From positions 1,344,001 to 1,408,000 of the forward strand of contig CAWBOS010000010.1 in NCBI GenBank assembly GCA_963790475.1: 64,000 bases of DNA, given 5' to 3'. The first letter of the stretch is position 1. Each line of letters begins with the position of its first letter. A program made the position numbers and the translations under genes. Under the pieces are notes generated by a model. The model saw nothing but the letters and a program-made list of their open reading frames with translations, had not been told where the DNA came from and did no database searches. This document shows positions 40,087 to 50,325 of this stretch, in pieces. The stretch comes from an uncultured delta proteobacterium. GTDB taxonomy: Bacteria; Desulfobacterota; RBG-13-43-22.

Positions 40087-40121
40087 CCGTCACACTCCCG
40101 TAACAGGAAAATGATTAACTT
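40087..40121 (+). promoter_or_regulatory. Pho box promoter of phoBR
   Basis: CCGTCAC-actc-CCGTAAC, then TAACTT 11 nt downstream. Confidence 0.7.
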
Positions 40122-40259
40122 AACCTCAAGAGGATTCGAGGATTCAAATAAGAACCTGCCAAGTTACAAAAATAGGTTCTTCTCTCAACAAGTTGGGGGT
40201 GAAATCCAAGAAATAAACCGTAGACAATGAAAGAATCAGACGTTACAATAAGTTCCATT

Positions 40260-40940
40260 ATGGCCAAACCAAAAATCCTTATCGTGGAAGACGATCCCGA
40301 TATCTTAGAGCTCCTCCATTTTAATCTGGAGAAAGAGGGCTATCAAACCTTTCGGACCGAAAATGGCGAACAGGCTGTGCTTTTGGCCCAAAAACATACT
40401 CCCGACCTGATTCTTTTGGACCTCCTCCTTCCGGGGATGGACGGCCTCGAAGTCTGTCGGCGACTGAAAAGGGATCCGGCCCTGCAACATATCCCTATTA
40501 TAATGGTCACGGCCAAGGGAGAAGAAATGGATCGGGTCGTAGGTCTTGAGCTGGGGGCCGACGATTACATCGTCAAACCCTTCAGTATCCGGGAACTCAT
40601 TCTACGTATTCACAAGTTATTGGATCGCCGGGAGAAACAAGGGCCCCCTTCCATATTGAAAGCCGATTCCCTCTTCCTGGACCTGGAGGCCCATACCGTT
40701 AAGCTGGAAGACTCCTGGCTGGATCTGACGGCGACCGAATTTCGTCTGCTAACCCATTTGATGCGGACCCGGGGAAGGGTTCAGACCCGGGAAATCCTTC
40801 TGGATAAAGTCTGGGGATATTCCTTCGAAGGCTATTCCCGGACCATAGACACCCATATTCGAAGAATTCGGATCAAATTGGGATCTCATCAAAACTTGAT
40901 AGAAACGGTCAGGGGAGTCGGATACCGTTTCCGGACCTGA
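40260..40940 (+). CDS. phoB: Phosphate regulon response regulator (OmpR family)
   Basis: ILIVEDD, LILLD, GADDYIVKPFS and IETVRGVGYRF motifs. Pst context. Alternative start at 40227. Confidence 0.9.
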   Translation: MAKPKILIVEDDPDILELLHFNLEKEGYQTFRTENGEQAVLLAQKHTPDLILLDLLLPGMDGLEVCRRLKRDPALQHIPIIMVTAKGEEMDRVVGLELGADDYIVKPFSIRELILRIHKLLDRREKQGPPSILKADSLFLDLEAHTVKLEDSWLDLTATEFRLLTHLMRTRGRVQTREILLDKVWGYSFEGYSRTIDTHIRRIRIKLGSHQNLIETVRGVGYRFRT

Positions 40941-40944
40941 AAAT

Positions 40945-42834
40945 ATGAGCCTGCGCTGGTACCTTAAAATCCTTTCGGCCTTTATTTTGGTCATCTTAAT
41001 CGTTGTCCTTCCCAGCACCTTCTATCTGGGTTCCAATCTAAAAAATTTTTTGACGAATCAGAAAGAACAAGAACTCCGGCTTGAATTACAACTGGCCGGG
41101 CAGATGGTAGCCGACCATTTCAATGCCGGTCCGGGGGATACGGCCAAGATGCAGAAATTGGCCCTTCAGGTGGGCGCGGATCTTCAAAAAAGGGTGACTA
41201 TTATTTCCCGCGACGGACGCGTCCTGGGGGATTCCGGCCTGACCTCCGAAGCCGTAGATAAAATGGAAGACCATTCCAACCGCCCGGAAATTCTGGCGGC
41301 CAGGGAAAAGGGGTTTGGTCAAAGCATCCGTTTCAGCACCACCCTTCAGTGCAACACCCTTTACGGGGCTGTCCCAATTTATAAAAATAATAACCTCACC
41401 GGGTATGTGCGGCTGGCTTTGCCCCTGAGCCAGGTGGAAGCGCTGGTATCCGCCCTTCGCCGGAACCTGGCTTTGGCCGGCGGGCTGACCGGCATCCTGG
41501 CCATCCTGCTCAGTCTCTTTTTGACCTGGAGCATCAATCGCCCTCTACGCGAGATCACCGGCATGGTGAAAAGCATGGCCAATGGCGATCTGAAACAGCC
41601 TTTTCACCTTTTGCCTAAAACAGAGTTCAGGGACCTCACTCTCTCCCTGGAACGAATGGCTGATGAACTTCGCCAGAAGATGGAATTGCTGGACGTCGAA
41701 ACCAGCCAATTGACTACCCTGCTTTCTACCATGCGGGAAGGCGTTTTGATAACGGATGAAAAAGGCCGCATCATCTCAATGAATCCTTTTTTGCAGGAAT
41801 TGCTTGGGAAAAAAGTTATCTGGAAGAAGCGAACGGTCCAGGAAATATTTATGAATGGTGATCTGCAAGACGCTGTGGAGTCTGTTTTGCGCGATGAGCC
41901 CTATAAAGGGTTGCAGGTCGTCTACGGTCGAACCCCCCAGATGCATTTCGATGTTCAGGTAGCGGCCCTTTTCCCCGAGCGGGGTGCTCATCGCGCCGTG
42001 GCCCTGTTCCACGACACTACCAAGCTCCAATACCTGTTAAAGGTCCGTCAGGACTTTGTGGCCAATGCCTCTCATGAACTCCGCACCCCTTTGACTTCCA
42101 TCAGCGGATATGTAGAAACCCTCCTCTCCTTAGCCCCCTCAGACCCCCCTGAATTTCAGCGGTTTTTGTCCATCATCCAGAAAAATGTTAAACAAATGAA
42201 TTTTCTGGTCTCCGACCTGTTGGATTTGGCCAAACTGGATATCCGGGAAGAACCGATGAAAAACATGAAACAAGTCTTGGTAGAAGATGTTTTGGAAACT
42301 GCCGAACAGATGATAAGAGATCACGTTCAGGAAAAAGGAATCCATTTTTCAAAGGAATGGGACAACCTCCCTGAAGGATTAACGGCCTTTTGGGAGAAAG
42401 ACCGAATCGTCCAGGCCTTGTTCAATGTACTGGACAATGCTGTTAAATATACCCCGGAAGGGGGCAAGATTCGCCTGACGGCCAAAATAGCTCGGAGTTC
42501 GGAGTTCAGAGATCAATTTAGGAAAGAATTATCCTCCGAACTAATAACTCAACACTCCGAACTCGACAGAGATTTCATAGAAATCTCTGTCGAAGACACC
42601 GGCATCGGTATTCCCAAAGAACTCCAGTCCCGTATCTTTGAGCGCTTTTACCGGGTCGATAAAGCCCGATCCCGTGACCTGGGCGGGACCGGACTGGGTC
42701 TGGCCATCGTCAAACACATCGTCGAAACCCACAGCGGCGAGGTACAAGTTGACAGTGTCGTCGGGCAAGGGTCTGTCTTCACCCTCATTCTTCCCCTGGG
42801 CAAAGAATTTTCCACTAAAACCACCTCTGATTGA
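40945..42834 (+). CDS. phoR: Phosphate regulon sensor kinase (HAMP-PAS-HisKA-HATPase)
   Basis: DFVANASHELRTPLT, DNAVKY and FYRVDKARSRDLGGTGLGL motifs. Confidence 0.9.
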   Translation: MSLRWYLKILSAFILVILIVVLPSTFYLGSNLKNFLTNQKEQELRLELQLAGQMVADHFNAGPGDTAKMQKLALQVGADLQKRVTIISRDGRVLGDSGLTSEAVDKMEDHSNRPEILAAREKGFGQSIRFSTTLQCNTLYGAVPIYKNNNLTGYVRLALPLSQVEALVSALRRNLALAGGLTGILAILLSLFLTWSINRPLREITGMVKSMANGDLKQPFHLLPKTEFRDLTLSLERMADELRQKMELLDVETSQLTTLLSTMREGVLITDEKGRIISMNPFLQELLGKKVIWKKRTVQEIFMNGDLQDAVESVLRDEPYKGLQVVYGRTPQMHFDVQVAALFPERGAHRAVALFHDTTKLQYLLKVRQDFVANASHELRTPLTSISGYVETLLSLAPSDPPEFQRFLSIIQKNVKQMNFLVSDLLDLAKLDIREEPMKNMKQVLVEDVLETAEQMIRDHVQEKGIHFSKEWDNLPEGLTAFWEKDRIVQALFNVLDNAVKYTPEGGKIRLTAKIARSSEFRDQFRKELSSELITQHSELDRDFIEISVEDTGIGIPKELQSRIFERFYRVDKARSRDLGGTGLGLAIVKHIVETHSGEVQVDSVVGQGSVFTLILPLGKEFSTKTTSD

Positions 42835-43041
42835 TTTATCTTCCTGCCCGAAAAAATTATTTCCCGGAAATCTTTCCTGGCATACCCCAATGATCGTGCT
42901 TTCAACTCTTAACTCCCAACAACTCAAGTTTTCAACTTCCCTTCCCTTTTCTCGTCTGTTTCCAACCTCCCGATTTTCCTCTTCGAAATCCTATCGCTCC
43001 GCCTGACCCATCTATTATCAATCGAATTCGCAGCCCTCATT

Positions 43042-43097
43042 TCTTAACACAAAAGTAACCTGATGATCATATTCCCTTAATACAAGATTATTATCTT
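43042..43097 (+). promoter_or_regulatory. Pho boxes upstream of pstS1
   Basis: 11-bp periodic TCTTAAC/AAGTAAC/TGATCAT/CCTTAAT, then TATCTT 10 nt downstream. Confidence 0.6.
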
Positions 43098-43136
43098 TGG
43101 TGAAATATAAAACACTTTTTTAAGGAGGAAGTCAAA

Positions 43137-44183
43137 ATGAAATGTTTTTCTAAATTCTTTTTACTGATTGGTTTGTTGGCCTTGGGAATGGCCACTACTT
43201 CCTGGGCAGCCGAAATGGAGTTACTGGGTGCCGGGGCAACCTTCCCGCAACCCCTCTATTCAAAAATGTTCTACGAGTACCACCAGCAGTACAAGACCAA
43301 GGTCAACTATCAGGGTATCGGTTCCGGCGGCGGAATCAAACAACTCAGCAGCAAAGTGGTGGACTTCGGCGGCACCGATGCCTTTATGACCAACGATCAG
43401 CTAAAGGAGGCCGGAGCCCCGATTGTTCATGTCCCCACCTGCCTTGGTTCGGTGGTCATCTCTTACAATCTGCCGGGCAGCCCCAAACTCAGATTCACAC
43501 CGGATGTCATTGCCGATATCTTTCTGGGAAAGATCATCAAATGGACTGATCACCGCATCGGCACCTTAAACCCGGGGGTTCATCTCCCGGATCTGGCCAT
43601 CAGCGTGACCCATCGTTCCGACGGCAGCGGCACAACCAATATTTTCAGCGACTACTTGTGCAAGGTCAGCCCGGAATGGAAACAAAAAGTCGGTATGGGA
43701 ACCTCTCTCAATTGGCCGGTGGGACTCGGCGGTAAAGGCAATCCCGGAGTCGCCGGACTGATCAAGCAGATCCCCGGCTCTCTCGGATATGTGGAATTGA
43801 TCTATACCCTGCAAAACAGCATGCCGGCGGCTGCCTTAAAAAATAAGGCCGGCAAATTCATCGAACCGACCATCAAGTCTACCAGTCTGGCGGCCAATAC
43901 CAAATTGCCGGATGATATGAATATCTCCTTGACGGATACTGATGCCGCCGATGGATATCCTATTGCCGGTTTTACCTATCTGATCTTTTACAAAGAACAG
44001 AATTATGGCGGGAAACCTCTGGAAAAGGCGGAAGCCGTGGCCAAATTAGTAAAATGGGTCATCACCGACGGTCAGAAATATGCAGAACCCCTGCAATACG
44101 CCCCCCTTTCCAGGGACGCCTTTGCCAAGGCAGACAAGCTTGTCCATTCCATGACCTATAACGGAAAACCGGTTTTGAAATAG
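43137..44183 (+). CDS. pstS: Phosphate ABC substrate-binding protein (E. coli-like type)
   Basis: GAGATFP, GSGGG, DFGGTD and RSDGSGTT motifs. Confidence 0.93.
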   Translation: MKCFSKFFLLIGLLALGMATTSWAAEMELLGAGATFPQPLYSKMFYEYHQQYKTKVNYQGIGSGGGIKQLSSKVVDFGGTDAFMTNDQLKEAGAPIVHVPTCLGSVVISYNLPGSPKLRFTPDVIADIFLGKIIKWTDHRIGTLNPGVHLPDLAISVTHRSDGSGTTNIFSDYLCKVSPEWKQKVGMGTSLNWPVGLGGKGNPGVAGLIKQIPGSLGYVELIYTLQNSMPAAALKNKAGKFIEPTIKSTSLAANTKLPDDMNISLTDTDAADGYPIAGFTYLIFYKEQNYGGKPLEKAEAVAKLVKWVITDGQKYAEPLQYAPLSRDAFAKADKLVHSMTYNGKPVLK

Positions 44184-44282
44184 AAACAGGCAAGAGCCAC
44201 GAGGCGAGAGGGGTTAAAGGTCAGGAAAACGGTTATCCCTTTCCCCCTCGCCCGTTCCTCTATCCCAAGTAGAAATATTTTC

Positions 44283-45200
44283 ATGCAAAAAAAGGAAAAC
44301 AACACCTGGGTTATCGATAGGTCCGAAAAACGATTTACGAATTTTCTATCATTTTTCGCCTACTTGATTATTGCCTTGCTCTCGGGTATTTTTATTACCC
44401 TGCTGATCGCCGCCTGGCCGTCCATCAAGGTTTTCGGTTTTTCCTTTTTTATAGGGAGCCACTGGAATCCGGTCACCAATCAATTCGGCTCCCTTCCCTT
44501 TCTGGTAGGAACTCTGGTGACCTCTTTTCTGGCCCTTTTGATCTCCATCCCCTTCTCTGTGGCCATCTCTGTTTTCCTCGGTGAGTATTTTAAGGAAGGG
44601 GCCCTCTCCAGTTTCCTCAAGAGTTCCATCGAGGTCCTGGCCGGTATTCCCTCGGTTATTTATGGCCTTTGGGGGTTATTTATCCTCATCCCGATCGTCC
44701 GGGGATTTCAAATGAAAATGGGCGTACCCGGAGAAGGCGTCGGTCTTTTCTCGTCCTCGCTGATCCTGTCCATTATGGTCATCCCTTACGCCGCCTCTAT
44801 CGGCCGGGAGGTCATTGCCCTGGCCCCGACCGATCTCAAAGAGGCCGCTTTTTCTCTCGGGGCCACCCGCTATGAGGTGGTAAAAAAGATCGTCTTACCC
44901 TATGCCCGCTCCGGAATCATCGCTGGTGTTTTGCTTTCCCTGGGAAGGGCCCTGGGGGAGACCATGGCCGTGACCATGCTCATCGGCAACCGGAATGCCA
45001 TCCCTCACAGTATTTTCGATCCGGCCAATACCATGGCCAGTGTCATTGCCAATGAATTCACCGAAGCCACGTCGACCGTTTATGTCGCCTCATTGATCAA
45101 TATCGCCCTGGTGCTTTTTCTGGTCACCATGGTTGTCAATCTCATCGGGAATTATATCATCAAGAAATTCAGCATCGCAGCGGAAAGAGAAGTTACCTGA
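44283..45200 (+). CDS. pstC: Phosphate ABC permease
   Basis: LAGIPSVIYG and GRALGETMAV motifs. Confidence 0.92.
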   Translation: MQKKENNTWVIDRSEKRFTNFLSFFAYLIIALLSGIFITLLIAAWPSIKVFGFSFFIGSHWNPVTNQFGSLPFLVGTLVTSFLALLISIPFSVAISVFLGEYFKEGALSSFLKSSIEVLAGIPSVIYGLWGLFILIPIVRGFQMKMGVPGEGVGLFSSSLILSIMVIPYAASIGREVIALAPTDLKEAAFSLGATRYEVVKKIVLPYARSGIIAGVLLSLGRALGETMAVTMLIGNRNAIPHSIFDPANTMASVIANEFTEATSTVYVASLINIALVLFLVTMVVNLIGNYIIKKFSIAAEREVT

Positions 45201-46045
45201 TGGAATCGAATACAACCTGGCGCATTTTTAAAAACAGTTTCTTTAAGGTCCTTATTATCGTTCTTTCCTTTCTTTCCATCGCGCCTATGCTCCTGATCCT
45301 GTTTTATATCGGAAAAAACGGGATATCGTCCATCAATTGGAACTTCTTGACCCAAATGCCCCAGCCCATGGGAGAGACCGGGGGAGGCGTTTTCAACGCC
45401 ATCGTGGGTACCTGCGTGCTCATCGGTCTTTCCAGTCTCTTTTCCGTACCGATTGGAATTGCCACGGGAATCTATCTTTCGGAAAAACGCGAAGGCTTCC
45501 TTTCACGAACCGTAAAACTGTGCGTTGAAATCCTGCAGGGCACCCCCTCGATCGTCATCGGCATCATCGCTTACACCTGGATCGTCCGGCCCCTGAAAAG
45601 CTTTTCCGTGTTTTCCGGGGGTATTGCCTTGAGTATGCTCATGATCCCGGTGATCATTAAGTCCACCGAAGAGACCTTGAAGCTCATCCCCTATCACCTG
45701 AAAGAGGCGGCCCTGGCCCTTGGAGTGCCTTATCACAAAACTATCTTGAAAGTCATCCTGCCCGCCGGAATCAGCGGTATAGTGACCGGCATTTTGTTGA
45801 GTATCGCCCGGATCACCGGGGAAACGGCTCCGTTGCTGTTTACCTCCTTCGGCAATCCCTTCTTGAATTTAAATCTTCTTAAACCCATGGAATCTTTGCC
45901 CCACACTATTTTTTACTATGCCACCAGTCCTTATCCGGAATTCCACCAATTTGCCTGGGGGGCGTCTTTTATCCTGGTATGTCTGGTTCTGGTGTTTAAT
46001 CTTATCGCCCGGAGAATCTCGAAAAAATGGAAGATCCAACTCTAA
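45200..46045 (+). CDS. pstA: Phosphate ABC permease
   Basis: GTPSIVIG and [10 protein letters not shown] motifs. Confidence 0.92.
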   Translation: MESNTTWRIFKNSFFKVLIIVLSFLSIAPMLLILFYIGKNGISSINWNFLTQMPQPMGETGGGVFNAIVGTCVLIGLSSLFSVPIGIATGIYLSEKREGFLSRTVKLCVEILQGTPSIVIGIIAYTWIVRPLKSFSVFSGGIALSMLMIPVIIKSTEETLKLIPYHLKEAALALGVPYHKTILKVILPAGISGIVTGILLSIARITGETAPLLFTSFGNPFLNLNLLKPMESLPHTIFYYATSPYPEFHQFAWGASFILVCLVLVFNLIARRISKKWKIQL

Positions 46046-46794
46046 GCGTCTTACGCATCGAAAATTTTTCCGCCGCCTATGGAGAAAACCGCGTCCTGAA
46101 GGATGTCAGCCTTTCCATCGTCGACAATAGTGTCACCGCCTTGATTGGGCCTTCGGGTTGCGGCAAAACCACGATCATCCGCTGCATCAACCGCATGCAT
46201 GAGTTGATCCCCGGGGCCACCATCAAGGGAAAGATGTACTTGCGGAATCAAGATATCTACGCCATGCAGCCGATCGTGCTCCGAAGAAAGGTAGGCATGG
46301 TCTTCCAAAAGCCGAATCCCTTTCCGACCATGAGTATCTATGAAAATGTAATCGCCGGCTATAGATTGAACGGGATTCGTTTTCCCCGAAAGGAAACCGA
46401 AGAGATCGTCGAACGGTCCCTTAAAGGGGCGGCCTTATGGAACGAGGTCAAGGATTTTCTCCATCGAAAGGGGACCTTTTTATCCGGAGGCCAGCAACAA
46501 AGACTTTGCATCGCCCGGGCCCTGGCCATGAATCCGGAGATTTTGTTACTGGATGAACCGACTTCGGCTTTGGACCCGAAATCCACTTCTCATATTGAGG
46601 AATTGATCGCCGACCTGAAAACAACCGTGACCATGCTCCTGGTGACCCACAATATCGCCCAGGCCGCGCGGGTTTCCGATTTTACGGCTTTTATCTACTT
46701 AGGAGAATTAATAGAGTACGGTTCAACAAACACCATGTTTACCGTCCCCAAAGACAAGAGGACGGAAGAATATTTAACCGGAAAATTCGGTTGA
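46027..46794 (+). CDS. pstB: Phosphate ABC ATPase
   Basis: [27 protein letters not shown] and YLTGKFG motifs. Confidence 0.93.
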   Translation: MEDPTLSVLRIENFSAAYGENRVLKDVSLSIVDNSVTALIGPSGCGKTTIIRCINRMHELIPGATIKGKMYLRNQDIYAMQPIVLRRKVGMVFQKPNPFPTMSIYENVIAGYRLNGIRFPRKETEEIVERSLKGAALWNEVKDFLHRKGTFLSGGQQQRLCIARALAMNPEILLLDEPTSALDPKSTSHIEELIADLKTTVTMLLVTHNIAQAARVSDFTAFIYLGELIEYGSTNTMFTVPKDKRTEEYLTGKFG

Positions 46795-46805
46795 TAGGGG
46801 GAACC

Positions 46806-47465
46806 ATGTTGGAAGAAAAAATCGCCGAACTCAGGAAAACCCTGATCGGCTATGCCCTTCTGGTGGAAAAAATGATCGATGACAGCATACAAGGGCTGTT
46901 GAGGAATGACCTGACCTTACTCCACCAGGTCACAGAGAAGAGCGAGAGAAAGGCCAATGAGACCGAAATCCTGATCGACGAGATGTGTACCACAATTATC
47001 GCCCAGTTCGGGCCTAAGGCCAGGGACCTGAGGATCGTCCTGATGAGTTTGAAAATCAACAATGACCTGGAGCGTATTGCCGATCATGCCGTCAATACGG
47101 CGGAAAGCGGCCTTTTCCTCGTCAGCCAACCCCTGGTCAAACCTTTATTGGATATACCCAGGATGGCCCAGGCCACGATAAACATGCTCCGGGACGCGGT
47201 CAGCTCCTTTGTCAATGAAGACCCGGATCTGGCCGTCGATGTTTGCGGCAGAGACCAATTTGTTGATGATTCGGCTTCGCAGATTCTAAGAGAACTGATC
47301 ACCTACATGATTTCCGACCCGACCACGATTGAACGGGCCCTTCACCTGTTAAAAATAGCCCGCAATTTGGAACGCACCGCGGATCTTTCCACCAATATCG
47401 CCGAAGATGTGATTTATATGACCGAGGGAAAGGTAATTAAACACTCCGATTTGGTTAAAAATTGA
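46806..47465 (+). CDS. phoU: Phosphate signalling protein PhoU
   Basis: DLERIADHAVN and LERTADLSTNIAE motifs. Confidence 0.92.
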   Translation: MLEEKIAELRKTLIGYALLVEKMIDDSIQGLLRNDLTLLHQVTEKSERKANETEILIDEMCTTIIAQFGPKARDLRIVLMSLKINNDLERIADHAVNTAESGLFLVSQPLVKPLLDIPRMAQATINMLRDAVSSFVNEDPDLAVDVCGRDQFVDDSASQILRELITYMISDPTTIERALHLLKIARNLERTADLSTNIAEDVIYMTEGKVIKHSDLVKN

Positions 47466-47485
47466 TTTCAAGGGAAGAAAAAAAG

Positions 47486-47759
47486 ATGAAGGAACCTAAA
47501 AATACTTCATATCGATAGCGATTACCGGGTCGTTTATAGGGTTATCTTTGACGGGGTGCAGATTAAATCATCCCTCCCCTGGGAAACCGCGGTAACGATG
47601 CTGGAAAATCAATTATTCGACTTGATTCTCTCTGAGCCTCAAAATGTGGCCGTCCTGACCCCTCGAGCAGAAACTGACAAGGTGGAATTATTGATGGATC
47701 CATTTTATAAAGATTCTATAAGTTTCAGCTCCCTGAATAGGCTGATTAATCTTGGGTAG
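47486..47759 (+). CDS. Short atypical receiver-like protein, frameshift in an A-run near 47500
   Basis: MKEPK/ILHIDSD...FDLILSEP resembles receiver strands beta1 to beta3. Confidence 0.4.
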
Positions 47760-47809
47760 CCAAGATCCGTAAAAACTGGAGACCGTTAGAATTAAACCAA
47801 GGGAAATAG

Positions 47810-48037
47810 ATGAGACGGAAAAGGAATTTTGTCCGGCAATGGAGAGCCGCTGATTTATTGGAAATGATTGATTGCCCTTATCAACCGGGAAATCTGAAGA
47901 TCACCAAAAATGCTTGTATAAAACGTCGGGAGGTCTCAACCGAAGGCCATCCTCTTAAGACCATCCAAAATGAATTTTTTCCCTATACCGTCCGGCAAGG
48001 GCTTTTGACCTGTAAGAACTGTCCTATAGGAAAATGA
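47810..48037 (+). CDS. Small Cys-containing hypothetical protein
   Basis: IDCPY..ACIKR..TCKNCPIG. Confidence 0.5.
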   Translation: MRRKRNFVRQWRAADLLEMIDCPYQPGNLKITKNACIKRREVSTEGHPLKTIQNEFFPYTVRQGLLTCKNCPIGK

Positions 48038-48071
48038 ACGTAATAAGATTTTTCATAGAAATACTACCTTC

Positions 48072-48105
48072 CCGTCATACTTCTGTCACATTTGTGGGTT
48101 TTAAT
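48072..48105 (+). promoter_or_regulatory. Pho box promoter upstream of the zinc-ribbon gene
   Basis: CCGTCAT-actt-CTGTCAC, then TTTAAT 10 nt downstream. An extra in-phase TTCATA at 48052. Confidence 0.7.
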
Positions 48106-48112
48106 GGGACCC

Positions 48113-48463
48113 ATGAAAACCGAGGAAGGATTCTTAGTGGGATGTCCTGATTGTCAAACCGATGCCCTGTATCGATACGGGCGGATCGGGACCGGTAGAC
48201 AACGCTATATTTGTCTATTGTGCGGAAAACAATTCACCCCCAGTTCTACTCGAAAAGAATGGAAGGATAAACCCACTTGCCCCGTCTGTGGAAAGCAAAT
48301 GCATTTTTACCAGAGGGGAAAAGGTTTCCTCCGTTTTCGCTGTTCCGGTTACCCGGATTGTAAACAATACCTTAAAACTGAAATCCCTGTTATCAACGAT
48401 GTGGTCAATTTATTTGAAAAACAAAATAACCATGAAAAATTGTTACAGACATTAGGAGGCTAA
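48113..48463 (+). CDS. Double zinc-ribbon protein (InsA-like + topoisomerase-C4-like)
   Basis: CPDC..YRYG..GRQRYICLLCGKQF, then CPVCG..RCSGYPDC. Confidence 0.7.
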   Translation: MKTEEGFLVGCPDCQTDALYRYGRIGTGRQRYICLLCGKQFTPSSTRKEWKDKPTCPVCGKQMHFYQRGKGFLRFRCSGYPDCKQYLKTEIPVINDVVNLFEKQNNHEKLLQTLGG

Positions 48464-48651
48464 TGAAGAACAAACAATCGAAAGACACTCATCAAACCAA
48501 AAAGAAGAGGATTATTTTTAAGCTTGAGGACTGCTTAAACTATGTAAAACCAAACCGGAAACTTTTTCTGAAAGATCCTTTACTTTCCGAAGGTCCTCTT
48601 CAGGAATCAATCGGGATCAACAATGACTTTAGGGAAAGATATAGAATATAA
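48463..48651 (+). CDS. Small hypothetical protein
   Basis: SD aggagg and a TAATG overlap with the previous gene. Confidence 0.4.
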   Translation: MKNKQSKDTHQTKKKRIIFKLEDCLNYVKPNRKLFLKDPLLSEGPLQESIGINNDFRERYRI

Positions 48652-48666
48652 AGTCAAATCATCATT

Positions 48667-48799
48667 GATAACCTACCCAAAAAAATTGCTGAAACTTCAT
48701 TTTGGTCATTCCGGTCCCACATCAAGCGTGGGATAGACTCCAGCCGGAATCCAGTATCTTTAATTACTTATAAGTACGACAACTTTTTACGAATCCATC
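48667..48799. mobile_element. MITE-like element with perfect 6-bp target duplication
   Basis: ATCATT on both sides. Right end actttttacgaatccatc. Core shared with 25187-25340. Confidence 0.65.
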
Positions 48800-48960
48800 A
48801 TCATTCACTCATTTGAATTTTTGATGCGGGAATTCCCCTTAGGATTTTTATTGTGTACAAGGAAGGGGGTACTCAAGACAATAAAACGAACTTTCAATTA
48901 TCCCTTCAAAAAGATAAGATAAAAATTCAGTGGCCATAACTTATTCGAAGGAGGACTGAT

Positions 48961-50325
48961 ATGTCTCATTTGTTGATCATCGGAGGGAGTGACGCTGGGA
49001 TAAACGCGGCCCTTCGGGCCCGGGAGATGGATTCTTCACTGGATATCAGCGTTCTGGTTGCCGACCGTTTCCCCAATTATAGCATTTGCGGCCTCCCTTT
49101 TTATCTTAGCGGTGAGGTACCGGACTGGCAGACTCTGGCCCATAGAACAATTGAAGAGATAGAAAGGCAAGCCATCCATCTTCTGCTGGACCACAGGGCT
49201 GTCGCTATTGATCCCGAAAATAAAATAGTAACGGCTGAAAACAATGAGGCCCAATCCTCTTCGATCCATTTTGACAAATTGATTCTCGCCACCGGTGCAG
49301 TATCGGCTCGACCGGCCATCTCCGGGATGGACCTTCCGGGTGTTTTCGCTTTGCGTTGGATGGAGGATGGCTTTGGGATTGACCGGTATATGGCGGAGCA
49401 TCATCCGGAATCAGCGATTATTCTCGGATCGGGTTATATCGGCCTGGAGATGGCCGATGCCTTGACCCGTAAGGGTCTGACCGTGTCCATGCTGAATCGT
49501 TCCGGCCATATTTTGACCGACCTGGACCAGAAACTGGGTGAGATTATCAGAATGGAGCTTTCCAAACACGGCGTTAGGATGGTTGACCGGATTGACGTTA
49601 CTGGTATTGAAAAAAAGAATCAGAAATTGATACTGAGAAACCCTCAGGATCTTCCTCTTGAATCCGACTTGATTTTAGTGGCCACGGGGATTAGACCAGA
49701 GACCACCCTGGCCGGAAAAGCCGGGGTATTAACCGAGATCCACCAGGCCATCCGGGTCAACCGGTCCATGGAAACAAACATCAAGGATATTTATGCCGCC
49801 GGGGATTGCGTGGAAACCTGGCACCGCCTGTTGAATAAATACGCTTATCTTCCTCTGGGAACCACGGCTCACAAACAAGGACGGGTCGCCGGTGAAAATG
49901 CTGCCGGCGGATCTCAAGAATTTGCCGGGACCCTGGGGACGCAGGCCGTCAAAATCTTTGACCTGGTGGTTGCCCGCACCGGGTTGCTTGACAAAGAGGC
50001 TTTGGAGGCGGGCTTTGACCCTCTGACCGTTAAACTCGAGACCTGGGATCACAAAGTCTATTATCCCGGTGCTTCCCTTTTGCATATTTGCCTAACCGGG
50101 GATCGAAAAACTGGCCGGTTGCTCGGGGCCCGGATGATCGGGTCTTATAAGGCGGAGGTCTCCAAGCGCATTGACATCTTTGCCACCGCCCTATTCAACA
50201 GGATGACCGTTGAATCCCTTAATCATATTGATCTGAGCTACACCCCTCCATTGAGCAGTCCCTGGGATCCTGTCCAACTGATTGCCCAGGCCTGGGACTT
50301 GGAACAAAAGCGTGCCAAGGTCTAA
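48961..50325 (+). CDS. CoA-disulfide reductase / NADH oxidase family flavoprotein
   Basis: IIGGSDAG, YSICGLP, GSGYIGLE, YAAGDC and LSYTPP motifs. Confidence 0.88.
   Translation: MSHLLIIGGSDAGINAALRAREMDSSLDISVLVADRFPNYSICGLPFYLSGEVPDWQTLAHRTIEEIERQAIHLLLDHRAVAIDPENKIVTAENNEAQSSSIHFDKLILATGAVSARPAISGMDLPGVFALRWMEDGFGIDRYMAEHHPESAIILGSGYIGLEMADALTRKGLTVSMLNRSGHILTDLDQKLGEIIRMELSKHGVRMVDRIDVTGIEKKNQKLILRNPQDLPLESDLILVATGIRPETTLAGKAGVLTEIHQAIRVNRSMETNIKDIYAAGDCVETWHRLLNKYAYLPLGTTAHKQGRVAGENAAGGSQEFAGTLGTQAVKIFDLVVARTGLLDKEALEAGFDPLTVKLETWDHKVYYPGASLLHICLTGDRKTGRLLGARMIGSYKAEVSKRIDIFATALFNRMTVESLNHIDLSYTPPLSSPWDPVQLIAQAWDLEQKRAKV

Noticed and set aside
39986-40230. CRISPR array or cas genes next to the WYL regulator
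   Set aside because: No regularly spaced direct repeats or cas-like ORFs anywhere in the window.
48113-48463. IS1 insertion sequence
   Set aside because: Only an InsA-like zinc ribbon is present. No InsB/DDE frame, terminal repeats or target duplication.
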